Of a stretch of DNA of 64,000 bases, positions 29,594 through 39,726 are shown one piece after another. The DNA comes from Planctomycetota bacterium (lineage in GTDB: Bacteria; Planctomycetota; UBA1135; UBA2386). The position numbers and the translations under genes are program-made. Position 1 is the first letter of the stretch; every line of letters starts with the position of its first letter. Where the stretch lies: NCBI GenBank assembly GCA_965228735.1, contig OZ245838.1:1-64000 (forward strand), written 5' to 3'. The notes below the pieces were generated by a model that made no database searches, was not told the DNA's origin, and saw nothing but the letters and a program-made list of their open reading frames with translations.

Positions 29594-31863
29594 TGCTGTC
29601 GATCTTCACCGCGTTGGCCGCCCAGGGAAACCCTCGGGGCGACGCTGCAGGCGGGGTTGCGCCCGGCGGCGGCCCGCCCGCGACCCCGCATCCGGCGGAA
29701 GTCGAGGTGCTCGCCCGCGGTCGCAAGGAACTCTCCGACTACGCGGCGCTCTGCGCGAGCAAGGGCTTCCCGCGGCGCGCGCGCGAGCTGTGGTTCGAGG
29801 TCCTCGGCGAGTACGACCCCGACGACGCGGCCGCCCGGCGGGGCCTCGGCTACTCGAGGTTCGGCAAGGTGTGGAAGCTCGATCCCGAGTTCGACGAAGC
29901 GCCGGCGGACGCACTCGACCCCAAGCAGGCAAAGTCGCTGACCCGGCGCTTCGAGGCCTTGGCCAGGACCCTCGCGCGCGCGCACCTCGATGCCGCGACG
30001 GCGCTCGTCGCGGCGGGGAACGATGCGCGCGCGAGCTATCATCACCGCCGCGCGCTGCGGTTCGCGCCGACCGAGCCCGAGGTGATCGCGGCATGCGGGC
30101 TGCAGCAGTTCGACGGTCTCGTCGGCACCGAGTCCGAACTCCAGATGGTGCGGCGCTCGCGGGTCATGGACCGCGCGATCATGGAGCAGCTGCAGCGTGA
30201 GATCGGCGTCGAAGCCATCGCCGGTGATCACGCCGTGCTGCAGAAGCTCGACGGCACGTTCCTCGGCGTTCGGACCGAGCACTTCTCCGTCTACGGCGAC
30301 TGGGACGAGCCCGTGCTGCAGGAGGCGGCGCGCTGGGCCGAGCGCTCGCTCGCGTTCTGCGAGGCGGCGTTCGACGGGCACCTCCGCCCTGCTCCCGAAG
30401 GTCGGCTGCGGCGCACGTTCGTGTTCTTCCGCAACCGCCCGACCTTCGTGCGCCTGCTCGAGACCAACGTGCGCACGGTCGGCGTCGAGCAGGCGCAGTT
30501 CCTCGCCGCGAACGCGAGCGCCGGGCTCGTCGGCGAGATTCACGCCGCCGGGTTCCCGCACGTCGAGACCGTCTACGACCTCGCCGTGCGCTGGGTGGTG
30601 CACGACTACACCGGCTTTCGCACGGACGCGCTGCGGGCCGGCATCGGCCACGCGGTCGTCGCGATGTTCTTCGGCCGCAACCTGGTCTTCGCGGTCGGGC
30701 GGGAGAACCCGCAGCACACGGTGGCCGCGCGGACCAAGGCGAAGCTGCTGCTGCCCGACCTCGATACGTGGATGGAACTCGCGACGGAGCTCGCGTGGTC
30801 GCGCACCGCGATGACGGCGGCGCGGCTGCCGCTGCTCGAGGCCGCGAGCTTCCCGACCGAGGGGCGCATCAAGGCGTGGTCGTTCTGCGACTACCTGCTG
30901 CGCCGCGATCCGCAGTTGCTCCATCATCTCGACCGGACCGGCGACAAGGCGAAGACGGAACCGCAGGTGCATCAGGCGTTCGCCGAGCTCGCGCATCGGC
31001 CGCTCGCGGCGCTCGACGCCGGTTGGCGCACGTTCTGGACCGAGGACTCCCAGGTCCGCCGCGCGATCCTCGATCGCACGACGCCGCTCGAATCGGTGAG
31101 TCGCGACGCCGCCAGGTGGCTCGAAGCGTTCAACCAGGCGCGCGAAGAGCTCGGCCGTCGACCCGTCGGCTGGTCGAGCGGGCTGTCGGACGACTGCCGG
31201 CAGCACGTGCAGTACCTGCTCGAGAATCGCGACCAGCGCGATGCGGCGGCGTTGCACACGCAGCTGCCCGGTCGCCCCGGCTATTCCAACGCGGGGCGGA
31301 CGTTCGCGCAGACGGCGGTCGTCGCTGCGGCGCGCAGCCCGAAGAAGGCGATCGCCGGCTGGCTCGATCTGCCGGGGTATCGCGATGCGTTGCTCAACCC
31401 GAACGTCGACGCGGTCGGCATCTACGCCGAACGCGGCGTCATGGTGCTCGATGCGCGGCGCGGGCGGATCCCGGCGGAGACCGCCTGGAACATCACGTTC
31501 CCGATCCCGGGCCAGGGCAACCGGACGGTGACGCCCGTGCCGCGGTCGGTCGACGTCGGTGATCTCGGACCCGAGGTCGCGCGGCTGCTCGTCAGCAAGG
31601 ACCGCGGGGGCCAGAAGAAGATCGGCTACCCGCTGACCGCGCACCTCTACTTCGGCAAGCTCGGCAACGTCCGTTGCGAGGTCACGGCGAGCGGGCAACC
31701 CGTCGAGGGCTGGCTCGTGCCGGGCAGCGGCAGCAACGGTCGGACCTCGGCCGAAGGGCTGTGGGTGTTCTATCCCGCGGAGCCGCTGCCGAAGGGCATC
31801 CCCGTCACCGTGGAGTGGACCTGGGACGACGGCGGCAGCGAGACCACGTTCACGGCGCGGTGA
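29548..31863 (+). CDS. Secreted hypothetical protein with degenerate peptidase-MA/DUF1570-like region and CAP-like domain (paralog 1)
   Basis: Signal peptide ending LAA-Q; KAWSFCDYLL; NQAREELG...WLDLPGYRDALLNP is CAP-like. Confidence 0.8.
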   Translation: MRPLLRPPRLLLPSALLSIFTALAAQGNPRGDAAGGVAPGGGPPATPHPAEVEVLARGRKELSDYAALCASKGFPRRARELWFEVLGEYDPDDAAARRGLGYSRFGKVWKLDPEFDEAPADALDPKQAKSLTRRFEALARTLARAHLDAATALVAAGNDARASYHHRRALRFAPTEPEVIAACGLQQFDGLVGTESELQMVRRSRVMDRAIMEQLQREIGVEAIAGDHAVLQKLDGTFLGVRTEHFSVYGDWDEPVLQEAARWAERSLAFCEAAFDGHLRPAPEGRLRRTFVFFRNRPTFVRLLETNVRTVGVEQAQFLAANASAGLVGEIHAAGFPHVETVYDLAVRWVVHDYTGFRTDALRAGIGHAVVAMFFGRNLVFAVGRENPQHTVAARTKAKLLLPDLDTWMELATELAWSRTAMTAARLPLLEAASFPTEGRIKAWSFCDYLLRRDPQLLHHLDRTGDKAKTEPQVHQAFAELAHRPLAALDAGWRTFWTEDSQVRRAILDRTTPLESVSRDAARWLEAFNQAREELGRRPVGWSSGLSDDCRQHVQYLLENRDQRDAAALHTQLPGRPGYSNAGRTFAQTAVVAAARSPKKAIAGWLDLPGYRDALLNPNVDAVGIYAERGVMVLDARRGRIPAETAWNITFPIPGQGNRTVTPVPRSVDVGDLGPEVARLLVSKDRGGQKKIGYPLTAHLYFGKLGNVRCEVTASGQPVEGWLVPGSGSNGRTSAEGLWVFYPAEPLPKGIPVTVEWTWDDGGSETTFTAR

Positions 31864-31917
31864 ACGATCTCGCGAAGCTCGAGCGTCCGGCGGCGGGCGG
31901 GGACGCTGGTGACGGTG

Positions 31918-34230
31918 CTATTCGACGACCGAGAACCTGATGGTCGGGAACGGTTCGGCCGCATCGATCCGCAGCTCCGCCGGGAGATCCCATTCGATGT
32001 CGACGTCCTTGCCGCCCGGTACGGGCTCGAGGCCGACGAACGCGATGCAGCCGTCGGCGCGGCGGCCGACCTCGTCCTGGCAGTTCAGCAGCACCCCGTC
32101 CTGGCGTTCGCCGTCGACGTAGACCCGGACGTCGATCGCCGCGATCTGGTCCGCGCTGAGCTCGCGGTGGAAGTGCAGCGTCCAGGGCATCGCGACGACG
32201 TCGGTGGGGCCCTTGCCCTTCGCCGCGAGCGCCGCGGCGACGCGCGGGCCGAGGTCCCGAACGCGCGCGCTGCCCGGCACGGGGCCCTGACCGGCCCGCG
32301 GCCAGCACAGCGGGCCGCCGCGGGTCGTGTGGTCGACGGGCGAGGTCAGGTCGAGCACGACCGCGTTCTTGTCGCGGTTGCTGCCGAGCAGGCCGCGCCC
32401 GGCGTGCAGCAGCGCGTCCCGCGCAGCCGGGATCGCGAGCCACTGCTGGACCGCGGCTGCCGGCTCCACGTCGCGGGCGACGAGCACCGTGTCGCCGACG
32501 CTCGCGGGTGCGTCCGGCAGCGGGATGTCGTCCTTGGGTTTGCGTTCGCGGTCGCGTTCGGCCTTCTCGTACGCAGCGACCCAGTCGAGCGCGCCTTCGG
32601 CATCTTCGTGTTCGCTGAAGTAGAACCCGACGGGCCCGCGCGCGGCCGCGATGCGCGCGGCGTTGACGGCGTCGACGACTTCGCGGGCGGCTTCCCGCGC
32701 CTTGCGCTTCCTGTCCTTCTCCGGGCCGAGCGGGTCGCGCTTCATCGCGGCGCGCAGATCGCCCTGCCGCGCCCAGAACTGCCGCCAGTCGTGGTCGATC
32801 TTCGGCAGTTCGAGCCCGGTGCGCTGTTGGAACTCGGCCTCGACCTGCGGCGGCGTCTTCGCGACGTCGTTCTGGCTCTGGTCGAGCTCCCACAGCAGCT
32901 CCGGCCGCCAGTGGAACAGGTAGTCGCAGATGGCCCACGCCTTGACGCGCTGCTCCGTCGTGAAGCGCGCCGCCGAGATGAGCACGAGCTCGCTCGTCCG
33001 CGTGTCGCTCTTGCTCCACGCGGACTGCTCGGCGATCTTCTTCCACGCGTCGATGTCCGGCACGAGCAGCTGCTGCGCCCATGACGCGACCGTGCGCTGG
33101 TCCTGTTGCTCGAGCAGGAACGTGATCGTCTTGCCGAACAGCATGCCGCAGGCCGCGTGACCGAGGCCTTCCCAGAGCCCGTCGGTCACGAGCCCGACGG
33201 CGTCCTGGACCGCGCTGCGCACGCTCTGGTCGAACGCCTCGTCGTTGCTGCCGTTGGTCTTGATGAAGCGGACCTGCCCGCCGTCGTGCTTCAAGAACGC
33301 GAGGTCGACGTGCTCCTTGAGGAACTGCAGACGTTCCGGCGTGAACTGGTCGGCGCACTGGTCGAGGACCTTGTGATAGACCTTCTCGTCGGTGACGAGG
33401 ATCAGCGTGCGGTAGCCGCGCGGGAAGAACGGCTCGCCCGTGGTCACGCCGAAGAGCGTGCGGCAGAGCGCGAGCGCGCGTTCGCAGTGCGCCGCGACCT
33501 CCTGCAGCTGCGTGCCGGGGAGCGCGCCCCAGATCCGGTAGTTCTCCGTCCGGTATCCGGTGTGCGGCACGCCCGCGCGTTCGAGCAACGGGTGCTTCCC
33601 GCCGTCCATCCGCTCGACGGTGAACTCGTGCCGGTGCAGGTACTCGACCGCGCCGCGAATCGCGATGCCGCGGCGCAGCCGGTGCAGCTCGTCGGCCGTG
33701 CCCTGGAACCCCTGGAACTCGTCGAGCGCGAGCTCCTTGGTCGCGCTCTTGTCGTCCGGCGACAGCGCGAGCACCCGGCGCCAGTGCGCGGTCGACTTGA
33801 CCGTTTCGCCGGCCTTCGCCCAGCTCTTCGCGACGTCCCGATGACGCTTGATCTGGTCGCGGCGAAAGCGGTCGAGCTCGCGATCGAGCTTGCGCAGCGC
33901 GCTCTTCTTCGCCTCGAGGTTCTTCTCGAGGACGAGCTTGTAGGGGTCGGGCTGCCACCGGCTGCCGACGAGCGTGAAGCCGCAGGCGGCGCGCGCCTTC
34001 TCGTCGTCCTCGCGATACTCGAGGAGGATCTCCTTCCGCAACGCGAGCGCCGTGCCGTGCTGCTTCGCCGCGGCGTAGCCGTCCGCGAGCTCGTGGAGCG
34101 CCTCGACGGCGAACGCGCGGAGCTCGTCCTCACGCTTCAGTGCGGCGGTCGCGTCCTGCGCGAGCAGGACGGGGCCGGGCGAGACGGCGAGCGCGAGGGC
34201 CGCGGCGACGGCGGTCAGGGGTCGGACCAT
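31918..34230 (-). CDS. Secreted hypothetical protein, convergent paralog 2 of 29548-31863
   Basis: Signal peptide ending LLA-Q; KAWAICDYLF; VNAARIAA...WLAIPAARDALLH. Confidence 0.8.
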   Translation of the reverse strand: MVRPLTAVAAALALAVSPGPVLLAQDATAALKREDELRAFAVEALHELADGYAAAKQHGTALALRKEILLEYREDDEKARAACGFTLVGSRWQPDPYKLVLEKNLEAKKSALRKLDRELDRFRRDQIKRHRDVAKSWAKAGETVKSTAHWRRVLALSPDDKSATKELALDEFQGFQGTADELHRLRRGIAIRGAVEYLHRHEFTVERMDGGKHPLLERAGVPHTGYRTENYRIWGALPGTQLQEVAAHCERALALCRTLFGVTTGEPFFPRGYRTLILVTDEKVYHKVLDQCADQFTPERLQFLKEHVDLAFLKHDGGQVRFIKTNGSNDEAFDQSVRSAVQDAVGLVTDGLWEGLGHAACGMLFGKTITFLLEQQDQRTVASWAQQLLVPDIDAWKKIAEQSAWSKSDTRTSELVLISAARFTTEQRVKAWAICDYLFHWRPELLWELDQSQNDVAKTPPQVEAEFQQRTGLELPKIDHDWRQFWARQGDLRAAMKRDPLGPEKDRKRKAREAAREVVDAVNAARIAAARGPVGFYFSEHEDAEGALDWVAAYEKAERDRERKPKDDIPLPDAPASVGDTVLVARDVEPAAAVQQWLAIPAARDALLHAGRGLLGSNRDKNAVVLDLTSPVDHTTRGGPLCWPRAGQGPVPGSARVRDLGPRVAAALAAKGKGPTDVVAMPWTLHFHRELSADQIAAIDVRVYVDGERQDGVLLNCQDEVGRRADGCIAFVGLEPVPGGKDVDIEWDLPAELRIDAAEPFPTIRFSVVE

Positions 34231-34305
34231 CCCGCCAGTGTAGCGGCCGCCGGCCCTGCAGCAGGACAGCTCGTCCGTAGGACAGCTGTTCCGCAGGTCC
34301 GGCGT

Positions 34306-36870
34306 TCAGTAGGTCAGCTGGTTGACGTCGCCGGCGCTCAGCGTCAGCGTCTCGCGTCGGACCACCTCCTCGCCGCGCAGCAGCACGAGCCGCGCGGCGG
34401 TGTCCGGCACGACGAAGACCGGTGACCGGCCGTCCTCGAACGCGAGCGTGTCCGTCGTGCGGCGGCCGTTGCCGGTGAAGACGTTGATCGGCAGCGGCTC
34501 GTCCTCGGCGTCGAGCACGGCGAGCGAGGTCGCCAGCGCCGTGTCCTGCAGCGTCACCTGCACGTGCAGCCGCCGGCGGACCGTGATGCGCACGTTCCGT
34601 TCGTCGCCTTGGCTGAGTTCGAGCAGGCCGCCGGCCGCGCCGCGGCCGAACTCGCGCGGCAGGATCGGCTCGCCGTCGATGCGCAGGTAGACGCGCGTCT
34701 TCGGCACGTCCGTGAGGCGGAACCGCCCCTCGGCGTCCGTCGTCGCCACCTGCTCGGTGCCGCCGTGCATGTTCGTGCGACCGACGCTCACCGTGTCGCA
34801 CTGCAGGCGCACCGTGGCACCTTCGACGGGCTGGCCGTCGGCGCCGACGATCGTGCCCCCGAGCGTGGCGAACACCGCGTCCGCGGGCATCGTGATCACG
34901 TTGCCCGTGCTGCCGGCCGGGATCCCCTGCACGTCGACCATCAAGAGCGTGTCCATCGCCATGGCCCGAAGGGCGTACGCGCGATCCTCGAGACCGCCCA
35001 GCTCGAACTCGCCGTTGCTGTCGGTGAACACGAACGGCCACATCGTCGTCGGCGTGCGCGAGACCGTCTGGCGTGGGTTGGTGATCTCGCCGCGGCGGAA
35101 GCGCGCGATGATCTCGTCGACCGACACGCAGTCCGATGCGATGCCCTCGCTCACGCTGCCGCCGTGCAGCGTGCCGTCGGTGATCCAGACCTTGATGTCG
35201 GCGACGCCGCGGCCGTCGGCGTCCACGACGCGACCGCGGATCGCGAGCGGTTGGGCGCCGAGCGGCAGAACCACGAAGCCTGGCCAACCGTGCTCGGGGC
35301 GTTCGGCGATGCCGCGCCGGTGGCCGGGGTGGGCGACCGCGAGCCGCGGTGATTCGCCGTCGTCGTCGATCACGAACATGCCGGCCTCGTCCGTGACGAT
35401 CGACGCGGACCCGAGCGCGACCGTCGCGCCGGCAACGGGCATGTTGCGCGCGTCGACGACCTGGCCCTGGACCGCGCCGTCCCGGGCCACGGGCTTCTGC
35501 AGCACGATGTCGAGGCCGGGGCTGTCGAGAGCCGGCAGTTCCCGGCGGTCGGGCACGTAGCCGTCCTTCGTCGTGACGAGCATCGCGCCGCGAACCCGAG
35601 CCGCGGCGAGCGCGAAGGCGCCGTCGTCGCCCGTCGTCATGAACACGGCCTCCGTCGTGGCCGCATCGCTGTTGTCGGACAGCCGCGAACGCAGATCCTC
35701 GGGCCAGGCGATCTGCACGTTGGCGCCGGCGAGCACCGCGCCGTCCGCGCCGCGCACGTGACCGGCGAGCGCGAGCGTCGGGGCGGCGACGACGAGCGCG
35801 AGCTTGGGGACGCCCGTGTTGCGCACTGCGGCGGCCATGACCGTGGTCCAGCCGGCGTCGGCAGCGACGATGCGGCCGTAGCTGCCGCCGAGCGGGATCT
35901 CGAAGGCCGCGGCCGCGTCACTCGTCGTGCGCGGCGCGTCGTCCGCCGGCCCGCCGATCCGCGGCGCGAGCACGACGTCGAGGTTGGGCAGCGGGTTGCC
36001 CTCGGGGTCGACGGTGCGGCCGGTTGCGCGGCGCTCGGGCGGTGCCGGTGTCACGTTCGCGACCGGCTCGGCTGGCGGTGTCGTCGGCGTCGCGGCCTCG
36101 CGCACGGGGGCGCCGTCGGTGGTCGGTGGCACGGTCGGCCGGTCGACGTCGGCGCTCGCGACCTGCGCGTTGCTGCCCGTCTCGGGTGCGGCGACCGGCG
36201 CGTCGGTCCAGTCGATCGTGGTGGCGGTGACGGCGATCGCGGTGACGGCGATCGCTGTGGCGGCGATGAACTTCGTCTTCATGGCAAGGGCGCCGACCGC
36301 GGACGCGGTGGCGGGCATCGGAATCAGCGGCAACAGCGCGGCCATCCAGGCCTGGCGGCTGCCGCGGGTCTTGTCGAGCCGCAGCCGCAGGCGTTCGAGA
36401 CCGCGGGTCAGGTGGGTGTGCACCGTGCCGACCGGGATGCCCTTCTGCCGCGCGATCTCGCGCGGCGGCAGGTCCTCGAAGAAGCGCAACAGGACCGTCG
36501 AGCGATACGGCTCGTCGAGCGTGAGCACCGCGTCGACGACCGCGCGCTGCGTCGCGGCGCGTTCGACGAGGTCCGCGGTCGACGGCGCCGACCGACCCGG
36601 ATCCGCGTCGGTCTGCGCCGCGTCCTCGCGGTTCTTGCGGCGGATGTCCTGTCGTTGCCGCTGGCGAACGAGGTTCTGGAGCACCTTCGCGAGCCAGCCG
36701 CGCAGGTTCTCGTGCCGTTCGGGCGGCCGCTGCATCGCGACGAGACACGCGTCCTGGACCAGGTCGTCCGCATCGAGTCCGGGAGCCGCGAGCTGGCGCG
36801 CCAGTTCGCGGACCCAGCGGGCCTCGGTCAGGATCTCCTGCAGTCGAAGGGTCACGGTCGGGGGTCGCAC
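34306..36870 (-). CDS. ECF sigma factor fused to a TM helix and carboxypeptidase-regulatory-like repeats
   Basis: DADDLVQD (region 2), LRFFEDLPPREIA...GTVHTHLTRG (region 4), a TM segment, then repeated GxVVDAxGxPVxGAxV...TDxxGxF. Confidence 0.9.
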   Translation of the reverse strand: MRPPTVTLRLQEILTEARWVRELARQLAAPGLDADDLVQDACLVAMQRPPERHENLRGWLAKVLQNLVRQRQRQDIRRKNREDAAQTDADPGRSAPSTADLVERAATQRAVVDAVLTLDEPYRSTVLLRFFEDLPPREIARQKGIPVGTVHTHLTRGLERLRLRLDKTRGSRQAWMAALLPLIPMPATASAVGALAMKTKFIAATAIAVTAIAVTATTIDWTDAPVAAPETGSNAQVASADVDRPTVPPTTDGAPVREAATPTTPPAEPVANVTPAPPERRATGRTVDPEGNPLPNLDVVLAPRIGGPADDAPRTTSDAAAAFEIPLGGSYGRIVAADAGWTTVMAAAVRNTGVPKLALVVAAPTLALAGHVRGADGAVLAGANVQIAWPEDLRSRLSDNSDAATTEAVFMTTGDDGAFALAAARVRGAMLVTTKDGYVPDRRELPALDSPGLDIVLQKPVARDGAVQGQVVDARNMPVAGATVALGSASIVTDEAGMFVIDDDGESPRLAVAHPGHRRGIAERPEHGWPGFVVLPLGAQPLAIRGRVVDADGRGVADIKVWITDGTLHGGSVSEGIASDCVSVDEIIARFRRGEITNPRQTVSRTPTTMWPFVFTDSNGEFELGGLEDRAYALRAMAMDTLLMVDVQGIPAGSTGNVITMPADAVFATLGGTIVGADGQPVEGATVRLQCDTVSVGRTNMHGGTEQVATTDAEGRFRLTDVPKTRVYLRIDGEPILPREFGRGAAGGLLELSQGDERNVRITVRRRLHVQVTLQDTALATSLAVLDAEDEPLPINVFTGNGRRTTDTLAFEDGRSPVFVVPDTAARLVLLRGEEVVRRETLTLSAGDVNQLTY

Positions 36871-36967
36871 GGCAACGGGTTCAATGCCGCCGATGCGTGA
36901 TTCTCGTCGGGAGATTCGCCTCTGGGGGCGAAAAACTCTGGGGGCGAAAAAGCTGCCGCTGTCCCGC

Positions 36968-37286
36968 TCAGCGCAGGATCAGTTCGACCGCATGCTGCTT
37001 GCCGCTCTCCGCCAGAATCGGCGTGCCGGGCGCGTTGGCGTCGCCGCCGGTGCCGACGAAGACCTCGACGTCACCGGGGCGCACGCCGCGGAAGCCGAAC
37101 CGGCCCAGGCTGTCCGTGATGCGAACTGGCGCCCGCAGGTTCCGCTTCTCGTCGGCGCGGCGGAGGTGGACCCGCCGTCTTCGGCAACGTGTAGAGCGTG
37201 CTTGTCCGAGGACTAGCGTCCTGCGCCGCACCCGTCGAGCCGGCGGCGAACGCGACGACGAACGCGAACTGGCCGGGGCGGAACAT
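36968..37286 (-). pseudogene. Possible frameshifted remnant encoding one carboxypeptidase-regulatory-like domain
   Basis: Signal-like MFRPGQFAFVVAFAAGSTGAA-Q is one base out of frame with RVHLRRAD...ITDSLGRFGFRGVRPGDVEVFV. Confidence 0.4.
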
Positions 37287-37367
37287 GGTGCGAAGACAAC
37301 GCCGCGCGCGTCGGCCGCTCGCGAGCCCTCTTCGGCCGCGATCGCTGCCGATTGCGCGGTCGACCTC

Positions 37368-37397
37368 TTGACACCCCGCGGCGAGTGCCGATAGAAC
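37368..37397 (+). promoter_or_regulatory. Sigma70 promoter of the met operon
   Basis: TTGACA-18 nt-TAGAAC immediately upstream of the riboswitch. Confidence 0.75.
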
Positions 37398-37405
37398 GCG
37401 GCAGA

Positions 37406-37547
37406 CAACTCATCCAGACCAGCCGAGGGACGGGCCCGACGACGCTGGGGCAACCACGGTTCGCCGCGATCATTCGCGCGATACGCAGGTGCCAACTCCC
37501 GCGACCAGTGGGTCGGCTCCGCCGTCCCGTCGTCGAAAGATGAGCTT
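37406..37547 (+). ncRNA. SAM-I (S-box) riboswitch
   Basis: CTCATCCAGA-CCAGC-CGAGGGACGGGCCCGACGAC-GCTGG-GGCAACC...AGGTGCCAACTCC...GAAAGATGAG. P1 CTCATC/GATGAG and P2 CCAGC/GCTGG; lies upstream of methionine genes. Confidence 0.93.
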
Positions 37548-37627
37548 GTGTTCGAACGTGTGTGCGTTCGGCAGGCTCGTCGACTGGTCGCAGGAGCCTG
37601 GCACGGGCCCGGAAGGCAACGATTCCG

Positions 37628-38788
37628 ATGGTTCGACCCGATGCGCGCCCGAGCGGCGCCGATCTCTCGCCGCGGCCTGCCGCCGCTTCTCGTTCCCCAG
37701 TGCCGAGCTCGATCGCGCTCGCCACGGCATCCAAGGAGGGCCCGGACACGGTGGGCTTCCGGTCTTCGGGGCAGTCGCCGGGTCGCCGTGCGCTGCACCT
37801 CGTCGGGCCGGGCGCCGTCGGGCGGCAGTTCTTGCGGCTCGTGCAGGACGGACAGTTCTGCGTCGTCGCCGTCACGGACTCGACCGCGACGGTGTTCGAT
37901 CGCGACGGGCTCGACGTCGCGGCGATCGCGCTGCACAAGGAACGCGGCGAATCGCTGGCGACGTTCCCGGGCAGTGAAGCGATCGCGACCGAGCTCGCGA
38001 TCGAGCTGGTCGCCGCGGACGTCGTCGCCGACGCGACGCCGTCGCGGCCCGGTGATGCCGAGGCCGCGCTCCTGCGCGCGCGCGCGGCGCTGCGCTCCGG
38101 TGCCCAGCTCGCGCTGGCCGGCAAGAACGCGGTCGCGCTCGCCGCGCCCGAGCTGCTGCTCGGGAGCAACCGCGGGCGGGTCGGCGTGCGCGCGACGTTC
38201 GGCGGCGCGGGGGATCAGCTGCTCACCGAGCTGCCCGAACTGCGCGTCAACTGCCGCGAGATCGCGCTCGTCGGCAACGTCACGACGACGGTGATCGTCA
38301 ACGCGATCGAGGCTGGCGCGTCGGTCGACGAGGGCGTCGCGGAGGCCGAACGCCGCGGTTTGCTGGAGCCGGACCGCAGTCTCGACCTCGACGGCGTCGA
38401 CGCCGCGACCAAGCTCGTGGCGGTGCACGGCGCGGTGTTCGGCGAGCGCTGGCTCGCGAGTCTGGATCCGCTGGCCGTCGAGCGTCAGAGCGTGCGTGAA
38501 CTCGATGCCGACGAGCTGCGGGCGCGGCGCCGGCGTGGTCACACGACGCGACTCGTCGCGCGGTGCGCGCGCGACGGCAAGCCGCGCGTCGCGTTCGAGG
38601 AGGTGCCGGTCGGCGCGCCGCTCGCCGCGCCCGCGGATCGCGTCGTCTACACGTTCGATCTGCCGGCCGGGGTGCGCGTGCACACCGGCCTCGCCGTGGG
38701 CTACGAGAAGACGGCCGCGGCGCTGCTCGCCGATTGCCGCGCGCTCGTCTCCCGGAGTGGCACCGCGGACGAGGGGGTGCAGCGATGA
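37628..38788 (+). CDS. hom: Homoserine dehydrogenase (short, no ACT domain); alternative GTG start at 37751
   Basis: GPGAVG Rossmann motif, GNVTTT and GLLEPDRSLDLDGVDAATK; met operon context. Confidence 0.85.
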   Translation: MVRPDARPSGADLSPRPAAASRSPVPSSIALATASKEGPDTVGFRSSGQSPGRRALHLVGPGAVGRQFLRLVQDGQFCVVAVTDSTATVFDRDGLDVAAIALHKERGESLATFPGSEAIATELAIELVAADVVADATPSRPGDAEAALLRARAALRSGAQLALAGKNAVALAAPELLLGSNRGRVGVRATFGGAGDQLLTELPELRVNCREIALVGNVTTTVIVNAIEAGASVDEGVAEAERRGLLEPDRSLDLDGVDAATKLVAVHGAVFGERWLASLDPLAVERQSVRELDADELRARRRRGHTTRLVARCARDGKPRVAFEEVPVGAPLAAPADRVVYTFDLPAGVRVHTGLAVGYEKTAAALLADCRALVSRSGTADEGVQR

Positions 38789-39726
38789 GCGCCGCCATCA
38801 CGTTGCCGCCCGATGCCCTGCTCTGCCACCTCCCGGCGACGTTCGAGCTCGAGCGCGGCGGGCACCTGCCGGGCGGCGTCGTCGCCTACGAACTCGACGG
38901 CCCGGCGGGTGCGCCCGTCGTCGTCGTGCTCGGCGGGATCTCGGCCGACCGGCGGCCCGCGTCGTGGTGGCGCGGCGTCGTCGGCGACGGGCTCGCGGTC
39001 GACACGCGGCGCTTCCGCGTGCTCGCGATCGACTGGCTCGGCGGCGCCGGTTGCTCCACCGGGCCGGGCGCGGGCGAGCCGTTCCCGTTCGTGACGACCC
39101 GGGATCAGGCCGACGCGCTCGCGCTCGTGCTCGATCAGCTCGGGGTCGAATGCGTGCACGCGCTCGTCGGCGCGAGCTACGGCGGGATGGTGGGGCTGCA
39201 GTTCGCGGCGCGGCACGGCGAACGCGTCGACTGGCTCGCCGTGCTCGCGGCCGCGGACCGCAGTCATCCGCAGGCGAGCGCGTGGCGCTGGCTGCAGCGC
39301 GGCATCGTCGAGCTCGGCGAACGCGCGGGCGAACGGGACGCGGCGCTCGCGCTCGCGCGGGGACTCGCGATGACCACGTATCGCTCGCCCGGCGAGCTGG
39401 CCGAGCGCTTCGCGAGCGGCGTCGAGGTGCACGACTGGCTCGCGGTCCGCGGCCAGGCGTTCGCGGAGCGGTTCCTGCCCGAGCAGTTCGTGTGCCTCAA
39501 TCGTTCGATCGACGAGCACGCCGTTCTCGCGGAGAAGATCGCGCTCGCGGCCGTGACGTTCGTCGGCTTCGACAGCGATCAGCTCGTGCCCGCCGCCGAC
39601 GTGCGCCGGCTTGCGCACGCGGTGCCCGGGGCCAGATACGAGGAAGTGCCGACGCCGTTCGGCCACGACGGGTTCCTGAAGGAAGTCGACGCCGTGTCCG
39701 CGATCCTGCGGGAGGTGCTGCGATGA
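38785..39726 (+). CDS. metX: Homoserine O-acyltransferase (MetX alpha/beta hydrolase fold, probably O-succinyltransferase)
   Basis: LGGISA, GASYGG, SDQLVP and GHDGFLKE motifs; ATGA coupling to hom. Confidence 0.9.
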   Translation: MSAAITLPPDALLCHLPATFELERGGHLPGGVVAYELDGPAGAPVVVVLGGISADRRPASWWRGVVGDGLAVDTRRFRVLAIDWLGGAGCSTGPGAGEPFPFVTTRDQADALALVLDQLGVECVHALVGASYGGMVGLQFAARHGERVDWLAVLAAADRSHPQASAWRWLQRGIVELGERAGERDAALALARGLAMTTYRSPGELAERFASGVEVHDWLAVRGQAFAERFLPEQFVCLNRSIDEHAVLAEKIALAAVTFVGFDSDQLVPAADVRRLAHAVPGARYEEVPTPFGHDGFLKEVDAVSAILREVLR

